A stretch of DNA of 64,000 nucleotides from Mobula hypostoma (lineage: Eukaryota), in assembly GCF_963921235.1 (NCBI RefSeq), contig NC_086097.1, forward strand, positions 12,648,001-12,712,000, written 5' to 3'. Under the pieces are notes generated by a model, which ran no database searches, was not told where the DNA came from, and was given only the letters and a program-made list of their open reading frames with translations. Numbering within the stretch: position 1 is the first letter of the stretch; the number at the start of each line of letters is the position of its first letter. The translations under genes and the position numbers were made by a program. Below, piece by piece: positions 1-10,977 of this stretch.

Positions 1-217
1 CAAAGCAACACTCACAACATGCTGGAGGAACTCAGCAGGTCGGGCAGCATCCGTGGAAAGGATTGGTTGATGTTTTGGGCCGGAACCCTTTTTGATAGGG
101 CCTCTGCCCCTTCCCTCTACAGTCCTGATGAAGGGTTCTGGCCCGAAACGTCGACCGATCCTTTCCACAGATGCTGCCTGACTTGCTGAGTTCCTCCAGT
201 GTGTTGTGAGTGTTGCC
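1..217. mobile_element. Penelope-like element remnant: inverted pair of pseudo-LTR ends (cut by window start)
   Basis: 1-90 is the near reverse complement of 131-217; same family as 56679-57020; contains hammerhead core. Confidence 0.75.
120..157 (+). ncRNA. Minimal type I hammerhead ribozyme motif (intact core)
   Basis: cAGTC-CTGATGA(125-131)-A-GGGT tctg GCCC-GAAAC-GTC(150-152)-GACcg; stem I GTC/GAC, stem II GGGT/GCCC, palindromic ACGT stem III. Confidence 0.75.
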
Positions 218-639
218 AGGAGCACCTCACCCAGCCCTGTGCTGGAGTTCCTTTGTCCTGTCCAGCAGTCTCATGTCCAGTCCTGTAGTCTAGCCACATC
301 CAGTCCTCGCCTAGATCCAGGGTCCGAGCCCGAGTCAAGACCCAGGTTCCGGGTCCCTGTCCAGTTTCTGGCTTGGAGTCTCAAGGAGGGGGTCCTGGGT
401 TTGTGTGCTGTGTACAAGTCCTGGCCCTCCATCCTGCTCCTGAGGAGGGGTCCTTGTTCCTGGTTCCTCGTCTGGGTTCCTTGCTTCTAGCCCAGGCCCT
501 GAATCCTAGACTGGTCCCGGGCCTGTGTCAATGTCCAGCATCGTTCCTCCCCTTGCTTTCTTGACACACCAGTCCTGTTCCTAGTACTTCAGAGTCTGTG
601 TCTTGCATTTGGGTCCACTCCCAGTCCCTCCTTATGACA
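218..639 (+). mobile_element. Probable 3' part of an LTR-retrotransposon LTR
   Basis: Internally repetitive CCAGTCCT/GGGTCC units; ends ...GCATTTGGGTCC...ATGACA like fish Gypsy LTR ends; left end not seen. Confidence 0.35.
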
Positions 640-925
640 TAAATACACGTTTATATCTATTAAATAGTTAAATTAAAACAAGTAGTGCAAAATAACAGAA
701 ATAAAGTAGTGAGGTAGGGTAGTGCCTACAGGTTGAATGTCCATTTAGAAGTGGGATGGTGGAGGGGAAGAAGCTGTTCCTGAGTGTGTGTCTTCAGGCT
801 TCTGTACTTCCTTCCCAATGGTGACAGTGTGAAGAAGGCATATCCTGGGTGGTGGGGATTCTTAACGATGGTAGCTGCTTTCCTATGGCACCATTCCTTG
901 AAGATGTCTTTGATATTACAAAGGT
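640..925 (-). mobile_element. Rex1/Babar-type LINE 3' fragment
   Basis: Contains GGAGGGGAAGAAGCTGTTCCTG motif shared in reverse with 2390-2892. Confidence 0.5.
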
Positions 926-2144
926 TGCATGTATGTAGGTTGTCAGCGTGTGCTTAGATGTTTCAATATACTGTGCATGTGACAAATGAAGCTTATCCCT
1001 GAACTTCTGTTTAACACTATGGGTGGTGTATATCTGTAATGTGTTATCAGAGGAAGTGGTTAGGGCAGCGCAGGTATAATAACAACTTTTGAAATACAGA
1101 TAGAGAGGTACATGGATAAGAAACATTTAGAAATTTATTGACCAAATGTTGATAAGTGAGGCTAAGCTCGGATGGGGCATTGATCACCTTGGAGGCTTGT
1201 GGCTGTGGATTCGTTTTCCAGGGACTCTGCAGTTTGTTGTTTAGTGTCCTCAGCACTGATTGTGCTCCATGGCCATGGACTTACTTTCATGTTCCATTTG
1301 TTTTTGTTTACTCATTTTAATAATTTCCCCTGTTTTTTTGTGTATGCTCACATTGGGCATTTGTCAGTTTTTTTTTAAAAGTGTTCTTTTGGGTTTCTTT
1401 GTTTTGTGGCTATATGTAAAGCGAAGAAACTCGGTTGTATAATGTGTACATACATTGACAATAAATGTACTTTGAACTTTGACATCCTGGCTATCATGTA
1501 AAGTTTGGGCCAAAGGGCCTGTTTCCACATCGCATGACGCTAAGATTTTATTTCCACTGACTGAAGGACATAGCACAATCCTATTTATGTTTGTAACAAT
1601 CCACTAGTTTCATAGTCACCAGAGCAAATATTGATTTTTATTTAATGTTGTATTTATTTTTAATCAATTAACTAAGTTTTGATTCTCTTAGTGGAATTTG
1701 AATTCATGACCCAGATCAATTAGTCCAGGCCCCTGGATTGTTAGTGCAATTACAAAACCATTGTATTACTCTATTATTTTAATATATTTCCTATTTTAAT
1801 GTTACTCCCATGTTAATACACCAAAATGATTTATTCAAGATCCCTAGAAGCCAAGAAGGACTGAATAAACAGTGTTATATTTACCCTCAAGGATTACCTA
1901 GAATTGAAGAAATAGGACACTCATTTTTGTAACTTCTTCCACTGAAACACTGGAGTACTCTTCCAAATATCACCTTGCATTTCATTTTGATACTGAGATA
2001 TGTATCCATCTAAATATGAAACCACTACATGTGGCAGAGTTGATGGCTCTGCCCACAATGAATCTGAAGAATTTCAGATACAATATATAGAGAACAGAAA
2101 TGTCACATTAACATTAAGACCAGAAATCAAAGAAGTTTATCATT

Positions 2145-2385
2145 TTGTTTTTATTTAGAAATAGTGCGGCAACAGGCCTTTCTGGCCCAATAAGCCTGCG
2201 CTGCCCGATTATACCCATGTGACCGATTACCCTTCCGGCCTGTACGTCTTTGGAATGTGAGGGCAAACTGGAATACCTGGGGGAAACCCAGGCACTCATA
2301 GGGGGAATGTACAAGCTCTGTGCAGACCAGGCTCAATAGTGCTGTAATAGTGTTGTGCTGTCCATCATGCTACTGTGCCACCCTG
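2145..2385 (-). mobile_element. V-domain tRNA-derived SINE (HE1-like)
   Basis: Reverse V-domain (GGGTTTCCCCCAGGTATTCCAGTTTGCCCTCACATTCCAAAGACG) and GGGCCAGAAAGGCCTGTT tail. Confidence 0.6.
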
Positions 2386-2389
2386 AGGC

Positions 2390-2892
2390 CATTCTAAATG
2401 GCTACATCACCGACTGGCATAGAGGGCCTACTGCACAGGATTGAAATTAGCTGGAGAGAGCTGAAAACTTAGTCATCTCCATCAAGGGCACTAGTTTCCA
2501 TAGCATCCAGGACATCTTTCAAGGAGCGATGTTGCAAAAAGGTGGTGTCCATCATTAAAGACCTCCATCATTAAAGACCCCCATCACCCAGGACGTGCTC
2601 TGTTTTCATTGCTATCATCGGGAAGGAGGTACAGAAGCTTGAAGACACACACTCAACTATTTAGGAACAGCTTCTTCCCCTCTGCCATCTGACTTCAGAA
2701 TGGACATTGAACCCATGAATACTACCTCATGACCTTTTTATTTCTATTTTTGCACTACTTAATCTAACTATTTAATACAGATTTATTCTTACTGCAATTC
2801 ATGTTTTTTTTCTATTATGTATTGCATTATATTGCTGCTGAAAGGCAACAAATTTCACGACGTATGGCAGAGATATTAAACCTGATTCTGAG
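2390..2892 (+). mobile_element. Rex1/Babar-type LINE 3' fragment
   Basis: Degenerate ORF end (SIIKDPHHPG...FRNSFFPSAI) then 3' UTR ending ATTAAACCTGATTCTGA. Confidence 0.6.
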
Positions 2893-3741
2893 TTTTTAAA
2901 TTTTATCCTGATTTGCTTTCAATCCTTAAACAACAAATTAAGCATGGAGGTGACATGCTTACCTATTTTATAAATACAAGATAAAGGCTCTATTGAGTTA
3001 GTGCTCACAATTCTCATATGAAGCCACAATACAGAATCCTCTCAAGCATACCTTGTTCCCTTTCCCTTACCTCTTTGCTCCAAGTTCAGCATCACTGAAA
3101 TACATTACAATTTAAGTTCTGAGTGATAATAAACATGAATACAGTAACATATATTCTGAAGTTCCAAAAGTCATGTTATGTCTCTCAATCTCCCCCAACC
3201 ATTCTATCACTTGCTTCCCTTACTAGAATTGACTTTGAAGAAATATTCTTGCATTGTACATTCTTTACAGTCTAACTCTAAAAGATGTTTTAACTCATTG
3301 TCCATGTCCTTGCAAGATTTGAGGTGCTCAAGTTGACTGCCACCCCACAAGACACAGAAGAACAGAAGGACGTGAAGCTGAAGGCCTCTTTTCTGCACTG
3401 CATTCTATAAGTTTATGCGTGATCTTTTACCTCAGCTTCAATATCCAACACTAATGCTATATTATGTGGTTCTATCAACATCTCAGAAACATCTATCAAT
3501 CTTTTGAAATTATTCAGTGACTAAACCTCCACAAGCCATCAAAGTTGCAGATCAACAGCAATTATAAACTGCTAAGTGTAAAAATCCAAATGGATGTGTA
3601 ACTTAGCTTCTTAAATAATGATGGGAACATTAAGAGTGATAATAATCCACTTACAATATCGAGCCTGCTTCACCATTCAGATCACAATATGGTTCTCAAC
3701 CCCTGCTAGAATTCTTGCCACCACATCTCCAGTTCGTCCAA

Positions 3742-4276
3742 TTGGTCACTGAATTATAGGAAATATGTCAACAAAATTGAGAGAGTACAGAGAAGATTTA
3801 CTAGAATGTTACCAGGGTTTCATCTCCTAAGTTACTGAGAAAGGTTGAACAAGTTGGGCCTTTATTCTTTGGAACATAGAAGGTTGAGGGGGGATTTGAT
3901 AGAGGTATTTAAAATTATGAGGGGGATAGATAGAGTTGATGTGGATAGGCTTTTTCCATTGAGAGTGGGGGAGATTCAAACAAGAGGACATGAGTTGAGA
4001 GTTAAAGGGCAAAAGTTTAGGGGTGACTTGAGGGGGAACTTCTTTACTCAGAGTGGTGGCTGTGTGGAATGAGCTTCCAGCAGAAGTGGTTGAGGCAGGT
4101 TCGATGTTGTTGTTTAAAGTTAAATTGGATAGATATATGGACAGGAAAGGAATGGAGGGTTATGGGCTGAGTGCAGGTCGGTGGGACTAGGTGAGAGTAA
4201 GAGCTCGGCATGGACTAGAAGGGGCGAGATGGCCTGTTTCCGTGCTGTAATTGTTATATGGTTGTATGGTTATATA
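3742..4276 (+). mobile_element. CR1-clade LINE 3' fragment
   Basis: ORF 3845-4072 LGLYSLEHRRLRGDLIEVFKIM...TRGH; (TATATGGT)n tail. Confidence 0.9.
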
Positions 4277-4459
4277 GTTGCCATGCCTAACATGAATGTA
4301 ACAGTCCAAGACTTTAATGCTAGCATCGTAACATCATTTCTGAAGGGCAAGTTCTAGGCCGCCTTTCCAATATATGAGAATACTTCTGATTTTCCTTCCA
4401 AACAACCTCACCTTGCTTTTGATTCAACTTTCCAATAATCTCTGTTAATCCATCAATAA

Positions 4460-4710
4460 GGGTGCCGCAGTGGCATAGCAGTTAGTGCAAAACTATTACA
4501 GCATGGGGCACCTGAGTTCGGAGTACAAACCTGGCACTGGCTGCAACGAGTTTGTATGTCCTCCCAACGAATGTGTGGGTTTCCTCTGAGTGCTCCAGTC
4601 TCCTCCCACATTCTGAATACACACCAGTTAGTAGGTTGCTGGGCAGTACAGATCCTTGGACCAGAAGGGCCTGTTCCACACTTTAAGTAAGTAGATAGCT
4701 AGATAAGTAA
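4460..4710 (+). mobile_element. V-domain tRNA-derived SINE
   Basis: A-box-like TGGCATAGCAG, V-domain GTGTGGGTTTCCTCTGAGTGCTCCAGTCTCCTCCCAC, CCAGAAGGGCCTGTT tail. Confidence 0.65.
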
Positions 4711-4846
4711 ACAAAGTTCCAATTTATTGTCACTTTCATGAAGAAAATAGCCAATTTGAGTGTTTTAAAGTAGCTTAGACCAATTAGATTGTTGAAAGTT
4801 TTTTTTCCCCCCCCTCATTATTATTGGGATACAAGTGCAGCACACC

Positions 4847-5250
4847 TCTTTACTGCCCGTAACGCCACTGGTGTTTAGGGCAATGGAGGTCCCCCTCTGG
4901 CGACGTTCAGGGTTTCCTTCGTCATGTCAGTAACTCGGTTTTCATTACTGTTAGTCATGCAGGTCCCAGGTGGAGACTCAGGAATGCCACCACACTCACA
5001 TGTAGAAGGATTCTCCATTGCTGTTTCTAAAACAGTTTTGTTTCACCAGTCAGGTTTGTTAGCCTTGAGTTGAACTCCCGAACCTGGAGAACTGGTGGAC
5101 CACTCTTAGTCTGCTCTCTACCCTTTAACCTGTTTGCACAGGTCACCCTATCAAGAGCCAAAGCCTTGACTCCAGCCAGCATAGTTCTTTGGGTCACTGA
5201 GGCACACGAGCCTCCAAATCACAACAAGATTGTGGTCCGCTTGGAGGGTT
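4847..5250 (-). mobile_element. Non-autonomous RTE-like element, family A
   Basis: Homologous to five other copies in the window; flanked by TSD CAGCACACC (4838-4846, 5251-5259). Confidence 0.65.
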
Positions 5251-5879
5251 CAGCACACCACACACTGTAAATCAATATATCCTGACTCCTAATTCAGAGC
5301 CAACCTTCAGAATAAACCCTAGGGTGAATAAGTTGTAGGCAGGGCAAGAAATATGGGGTGAGGATAAACACTAAAAAAACCTCCACAGGAATTGAACCAG
5401 AGTGACAATTAAAATAAATGCACGTCATAAAAAATATTAAGTATGTAATGCAACAATAGCATCCTCATGAATACTGGTAATAACCAGAAATAACAGGAAG
5501 GTACATGCTGTACATGGATCCTGAAACAAAAGTACTGTAGGCAATTATGAAAGAATGCAAATAAGGATGTGAAATAGAATGGTGTTCTATACCAAAGGAT
5601 GCTCAGCGTTTTCTGCTTTTTCAAGAACAAATTTTGCTCTTTGTGGTTTTACAAGAGGGTTGGAAATCCCCATCCAGTCCCTGACCAGCTGCTGATTTCT
5701 GACCCTTGATAACAAAGTGTAGATTATCAGATAAGTCTTCAATTAGCACACCAACTGGGACATGAGGTAAAACCTGTTAGACTATTTACTTGGGCTCTGT
5801 GAAGTCCCGCACACCATGTGGAGGGAGTCAACATTCAACTCTCTCTGCATGGTATAGTATAGTAACAGAGGACACTACC

Positions 5880-6965
5880 ACAACAGTAGTGGATACAGTC
5901 CAGTCCATCATAGGAAAAGCCCTGCCTACCATTGAGTACATCTACAAGAACACTACCACAAGAAAGCAGCATCCATGATCAAGGACCCCCACCATCCAGG
6001 CCATGCTCTCTTCTCACTTCTGCCATCAGGAATGAGGTACAGGAGCCTTGGGTTCCACACCACCAGGTTCAGGAACAATTATTACTCTTCTACCATCCAG
6101 TTCTTGAACCAGCATGGATAACTTCACTTAGCTTAACAGTGAACTGATTCCACAAACTATGGTGTCACCTCCAAATACTCTACAGCTCATGTTCTCAGAA
6201 TTATTATTTATTATTATTATTATTTGTTTTTGTATTTGTGGTTCCCTAAGGTTGTTATAACTCGGGGTGGTAATGGGGATAAGCTCCCAGTGCCTATTAA
6301 ATCCTCCCAATTTCGTGCTTCTCAAATAGCCTCTGACAACCAAGTCCTGGCCTTTACCTACTAAGCCTGGCAGAACTGTTTCTGCTAACTGGAGAAAGGG
6401 CAAAGGCGGTTACTGGTGCCTTAAAACCAGTCACTTTGGGCAGATGGGGCTCGTTATTCATGATTGGCATCTCATCTAGGAAAAGGAAAATGCTGATCTC
6501 AAATCTCCACCGCCTTGCAGTCGTACCATCTCAGGGAGAAGCCTTTGGGAGTACTCCCTGCAGGGGGAAAAACGTAGAGCTGGAGTCGTATATTGAGTTC
6601 AACGCTGCTGGTGCCAAACTGTATTGGTGTCTGCCGTTCCTTTGGGTTCATCAGCTGCGAGGAGAGGGGGAGATAGTTACTTGGGCAACAGCTTGCTCTC
6701 CATATAGTACTGACCCGGCTTGTTACTGGCTTGCGTATCACATAGACAGCTGGGACACAACAGCCATGGTCAACCCTGACCTACGTAGGGGCCTCAATTC
6801 CACAGCTTGTCTTCTTTTGCATATTCATTGTTTGTCAGTCTTTGTGTGTAGTTTTTTGTTGATTCTATTGTATTTCTTTGTTCAACTGTGAATGCCTGCA
6901 AGAAAATGAATCTCAGGGTAGTATATGGTGAAATGCATGTACTTTATAATAAAATTACTTTGAGC
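5880..6965 (+). mobile_element. Rex1/Babar-type LINE 3' fragment, interrupted by an RTE-derived insert
   Basis: IKDPHHPGHALFSLLPSG-type ORF end; 3' UTR resumes near 6800 and ends AATAAAATTACTTTGA. Confidence 0.55.
6256..6797 (+). mobile_element. Non-autonomous RTE-like element, family B
   Basis: Reverse-homologous to 48330-48900; CATCTAGGAAAAGGAAAA motif recalled from RTE 5' regions. Confidence 0.55.
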
Positions 6966-7121
6966 TAGGAATGTCATGGCATTAAGGCAAAGTGAATTTC
7001 TCATGGCAGGCAGCATCTATCGACCTGTGTTTCACACTGTTTAGTCTATGTCAATGGGTTTTCAGTAGCTTTTAGGTGACAGGGTGGTGTCCATGGTGAC
7101 TGAAGAGAAAGTGTGTGTTAG

Positions 7122-7800
7122 ATTATGAGAACACTCAGTCCTCTTTTATTGTCATTTAGAAATGCATACATGCATTAAGAAATGATACAATGTTTCCCCA
7201 GAGTGATAGCACAGAAAACAGGACAAACCAAAGACTAACACTGACAGAACCACATAATTATAACATATAGTTACAGCAGTGCAAAGCAATACCATAATTT
7301 GATGAAGAACAAACCATTGGCACGGTAAATAACGTCTCAAAAGTCCCCGAGTCGATCGACTCCTGAGTCCCCGATAGCAGGCGGCAAAAAGGAGAAACTC
7401 CCTGCCATAAACCTCCAGGCACCGTCAACTTGCCGATGCCTTGGAAGCAGCCGACCACAGCCGACACTGAGTCCATCCGTTCAAAGACTTCGAGCTTCCG
7501 ACCAGCCTCTCCGATACAGCCTCCTGAGCGCCATGCCCTGCCAAGTGTCTTCGACCTCACTCCGGCCGCTGAAACAAGCAAAGCTGAGGATTTCGGGGCC
7601 TACTGCTCCGGAGAATCCGGTTACCACACAGTAGCAGCAGCAGTGAAGTGGGCATTTCAGAAGTTTTCCAAATGTTCCTCCATACTCTCTCATCCGTCTC
7701 CATCAAATCAGAATTGTGCACGGTCCCCCACTTGACAGATAACAGACATCACCACCGAAGTGGCCGCGTGCGCTGCTGTCGCGCCGCCATCTTCTCCTCC
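7122..7800 (-). mobile_element. Non-autonomous retroelement (~670 bp) with Rex1/L2-like ends
   Basis: Minus strand starts GGAGAAGATGGCGGCGCG and ends TGACAATAAAAGAGGACTG...CATAATCTAA; homologous to 9003-9775 and 28745-29386. Confidence 0.6.
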
Positions 7801-7964
7801 CCTGTATTGTTTGCATGTGGAGAGTGTACAGGAGAGGGCTAGCCTTAGGTCTATTAATTATTCTTCAGTTTATGCCCAATGCATGTTGAAATATATACCT
7901 TTAATATCTATTACCACATGGAGAAAAAGTGACAGAATAGGGCTATTATGTTGTGGTAATTTAT

Positions 7965-8320
7965 AAATTTTATTTAGAGATACACATGTAACAGGCCCTT
8001 CTGTCCTGTTGAGCCACACAGCCCCTCAACCCACTAGGCTAATTGTGCATTTCTTATGTGCTATGTCACTGGCCTAATCACAAGACAATTTACAATGAGC
8101 GATTACCCTACTAACCTACTTTAGACTTTCCTCCCACAATCCAAAGACGTACTAACTGGTACATCTTTGGATGGTGGGAGGAAACCAGAGCACCCATAGG
8201 AAACCCACGCGCTCACGAGGAGAACGTACCAACTCCTTACAAGGGACACTGCAATTGAACTCCAAACTCCAGGATGCCCCAAGTTGTAATGGTGCTGCGT
8301 TAACCACCATGTTACTTGGG
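7965..8320 (-). mobile_element. V-domain SINE with internal fold-back
   Basis: GGGAGGAAACCAGAGCACCCATAGGAAACCCACGC is a reverse V-domain. Confidence 0.65.
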
Positions 8321-9002
8321 CAGGTTGGTGTTATTTTATGAGCCAATTCCACAGAATATAGTAAAGGGAAGTGGTCTGATATTTTGCAGAATGTTCAATC
8401 ATTTTGCTTAAGATGCGATAGGTAGATCTGGGTGGGTTGGTTGGAGTTGGGGGGAAGGTGTGGCAGGGCAAAGAGAGTTGATGGGGGCTGAGAGCAAAAT
8501 AGAAAGGGTGAGATCTACAGACTCCATGTTCAGAATAAAATCATGGTGGTCAGCCACAGGATCCACACTAATTCAAGATTCAAGGTTATTTAATGTCATT
8601 TCCAATTCACAAGTGTAACAGAGAATGAAGCAATTGGTACTCCGGACCTGATGCAGCACAAAGACACCAATAAGATAAAGAACAATAACAAAAAAACACA
8701 ATAAATATAAATACATAAGATAGTTAATATGTATACATTGATTGCATGTCTATAAAGTGACACAAGGCACAGAAGTGTCTGTGCAGAAGGTGACTGACAG
8801 GAAATGATAAAGTAGTGGTGGTGGGGGATACGGAAGGGTGGGTTAGTGGGTGGAGGTGTTGATCAGCCTCACTGCTTGGACCGGGGATCTGTGTTTGAGA
8901 GCGGTGGTCGTGGCCTCCTCCCTGATGGGAGTGAGACAAACAGTCCATGAACAGGGTAGGTGGGTTTCTTCATGATGCTCCGCCACCTTTCCATATATAT
9001 GA

Positions 9003-9775
9003 TGATTATGAAGACACGTAGTCCTCTTTTATTGTCATTTAGTAATGCATGCGTTAAGAAATGATACTGTGGCGACCCACTTTTCAGCACACACGAACCG
9101 ACTCACGAAACAGCGCGCACCGGCAGAGAGGCCGGCCCCAAAAAGGGCGCCAGGCTATCTTCACCAGCAGGGGGAAAATCTCGTGCGCGGGAAGGGTCTG
9201 GGAATATGCATTCCCCACAGCAGTCCCGCCCAGGGAGGGCGGGAACAGGAAGGCTTTAAAGGAGGCCGCGAAGTTTGAATAAATCTCTTTTATTGCAACT
9301 CCAACTCACCGACTGTGTCGTTATTCTAGCGCTGTGTGTAGCACACCGCTACAATACATTATTTCCTCCAATGTGATATCACAAAACACAGCACAAACCA
9401 AGACCGAAAAGACTGACAAAACCACATAATTATAACATATAGTTACAAACAGTGTAACAATACCATAACTTGATGAAGAAGTCCATGAGCACAGTAAAGT
9501 TCGAAGTTTTTCAAATGTCCCACATCTCACGCAGACAGGAGAAGGAAGAAAAACTCTCCCTGCCACGCCGACCACAATCCGACTTTGAGTCATCCGAAAA
9601 CTTCGAGCTCTGATCAGCCCTCCGACACCGAGTACTGAGCGCCATCTCTGTCCCAACGATTCGACCTCCTTCTCGGTCGCCAAAAGCAGGCAAGGCCGGG
9701 GATTTTGAGGCCTACCCGCCGAAAGATTCCTGACCACACAGTAACGACAGCAGCGAACGGGCATTTCAGAAATGT
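9003..9775 (-). mobile_element. 5'-truncated copy of the 7122-7800/28745-29386 family
   Basis: Close reverse match to 28900-29386; interrupted by a solo LTR. Confidence 0.7.
9068..9353 (+). mobile_element. Solo LTR (Gypsy-like, 286 bp)
   Basis: TGTGGCG...CGCTACA termini, 4-bp TSD ATAC (9064-9067, 9354-9357), AATAAA near 9278. Confidence 0.85.
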
Positions 9776-10164
9776 TCTTGATAGCAGGTGGGCTTGTGCC
9801 AGTGATGTGTGGGTAGTTTTGACTACCTATTGTAGAGCCTTCCTGTCCCCCACAGTGCAGTTTCCGTACTAAATTAGGATGGACTTTACAGTGCATCTGC
9901 AGCATGGCACGACTCCGGTGTGCATCGTCCAGCTCTGAGCACCCTCCTGAGAAAGCAGAGGCGTTGGCAAGCTTTCTTGATTGTGTAGGATGTGTTCTGG
10001 GGCCATGAGACATTGTGCGAGACGTGCACTCCCAGAAGTATGAAACTGCTCACAGTTTCCATTGCTGTGCTACCAATGTAAAGAGAGGCCGATGTAAAGA
10101 GTGGTGTGAGTTTTCAATCCCCACCCTCCCCTCCCACCACCACCCCTCCACCATCACCTCACCA

Positions 10165-10335
10165 AACAGATTATCTGGTCATTAAGGCATTAAGGAACGT
10201 GGGAGGTTGCTTTGAACGTATCAGATGTTGCATTTTGGTTCATTACAACCATAGTTGGAAAAGTACTTCATCGTGTGCAGAGACCTTTGACAGGGAAGTA
10301 GAAGGTCAAAGTCAGTCCTTCCTCTATTGCACAAT
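10165..10335 (+). mobile_element. Degraded Deu-domain SINE (SacSINE1-like)
   Basis: AACAGATTATCTGGTCATT...CATTACAAC...AAAAGTACTTCAT motif string. Confidence 0.45.
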
Positions 10336-10977
10336 AAAAGTCATATCTGCTAATCTAGCATGAGTTAGCCATAAAAATTGAAAGGCGTGAGTCATGAGCT
10401 AGCTCTTTTAAAGAGGTGTTGTGGTGTTTTGCAGTACAGGTGTTAGATCATTGTTCATTTCCTCCCCCTCTGGCTAAGCAATCACTTTGAATGTGGTCGG
10501 TATGAGTAGGTCAGTGCTCAGCTGCTGCGTTGACCGCACAGTTTACAAAAGTGCAGCTTCAGGGCTATCTGCAAGCAAAGTGTGCTCCTTGACCAATCAG
10601 CGAGCACCCTGTGCTCAAAGAGGAGCGAAAGAAGCTGTAATCTAATCTTGATTTAACCACACACAATGAACTCTGGTGTTACAACAGGAGCAAATTAAAA
10701 ATGCCAGTCAGCAAAATCTGCAGCAGAGATGAAAGGTATAAGAGCTGCGAGTTGAATTCTGCTAAAATAAATCAAGATGAAAGGCAGATTTGGTATTGGA
10801 CAAATGGAGTTTTAAACTATACAGGACTTCAATCCATTCAAGTGGCTGCAAAGCGCAGAAAATTCATCGCTGTATATATCCTCTTCACTTTTGTCCAGCT
10901 CTAACTTGAATCCATTCATCTCCATTCACCAAGTGCTCTATACAATTGTTAACATGTATCTGATTGCCTTCAGCCTC

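Larger units (their letters stand above)
8570..10100 (-). mobile_element. Rex1/Babar-type LINE 3' part, host of nested insertions
   Basis: Minus strand reads KKACQRLCFLRR near 9945-9980; ORF end and 3' UTR continue at 8570-9000. Confidence 0.6.

Noticed and set aside
218..600. CRISPR-like or regular tandem array
   Set aside because: Units are irregular with no constant repeat-spacer period; eukaryotic LTR-like context
9321..10013. 230-aa ORF
   Set aside because: Spans three different nested repeats, with no coherent domain
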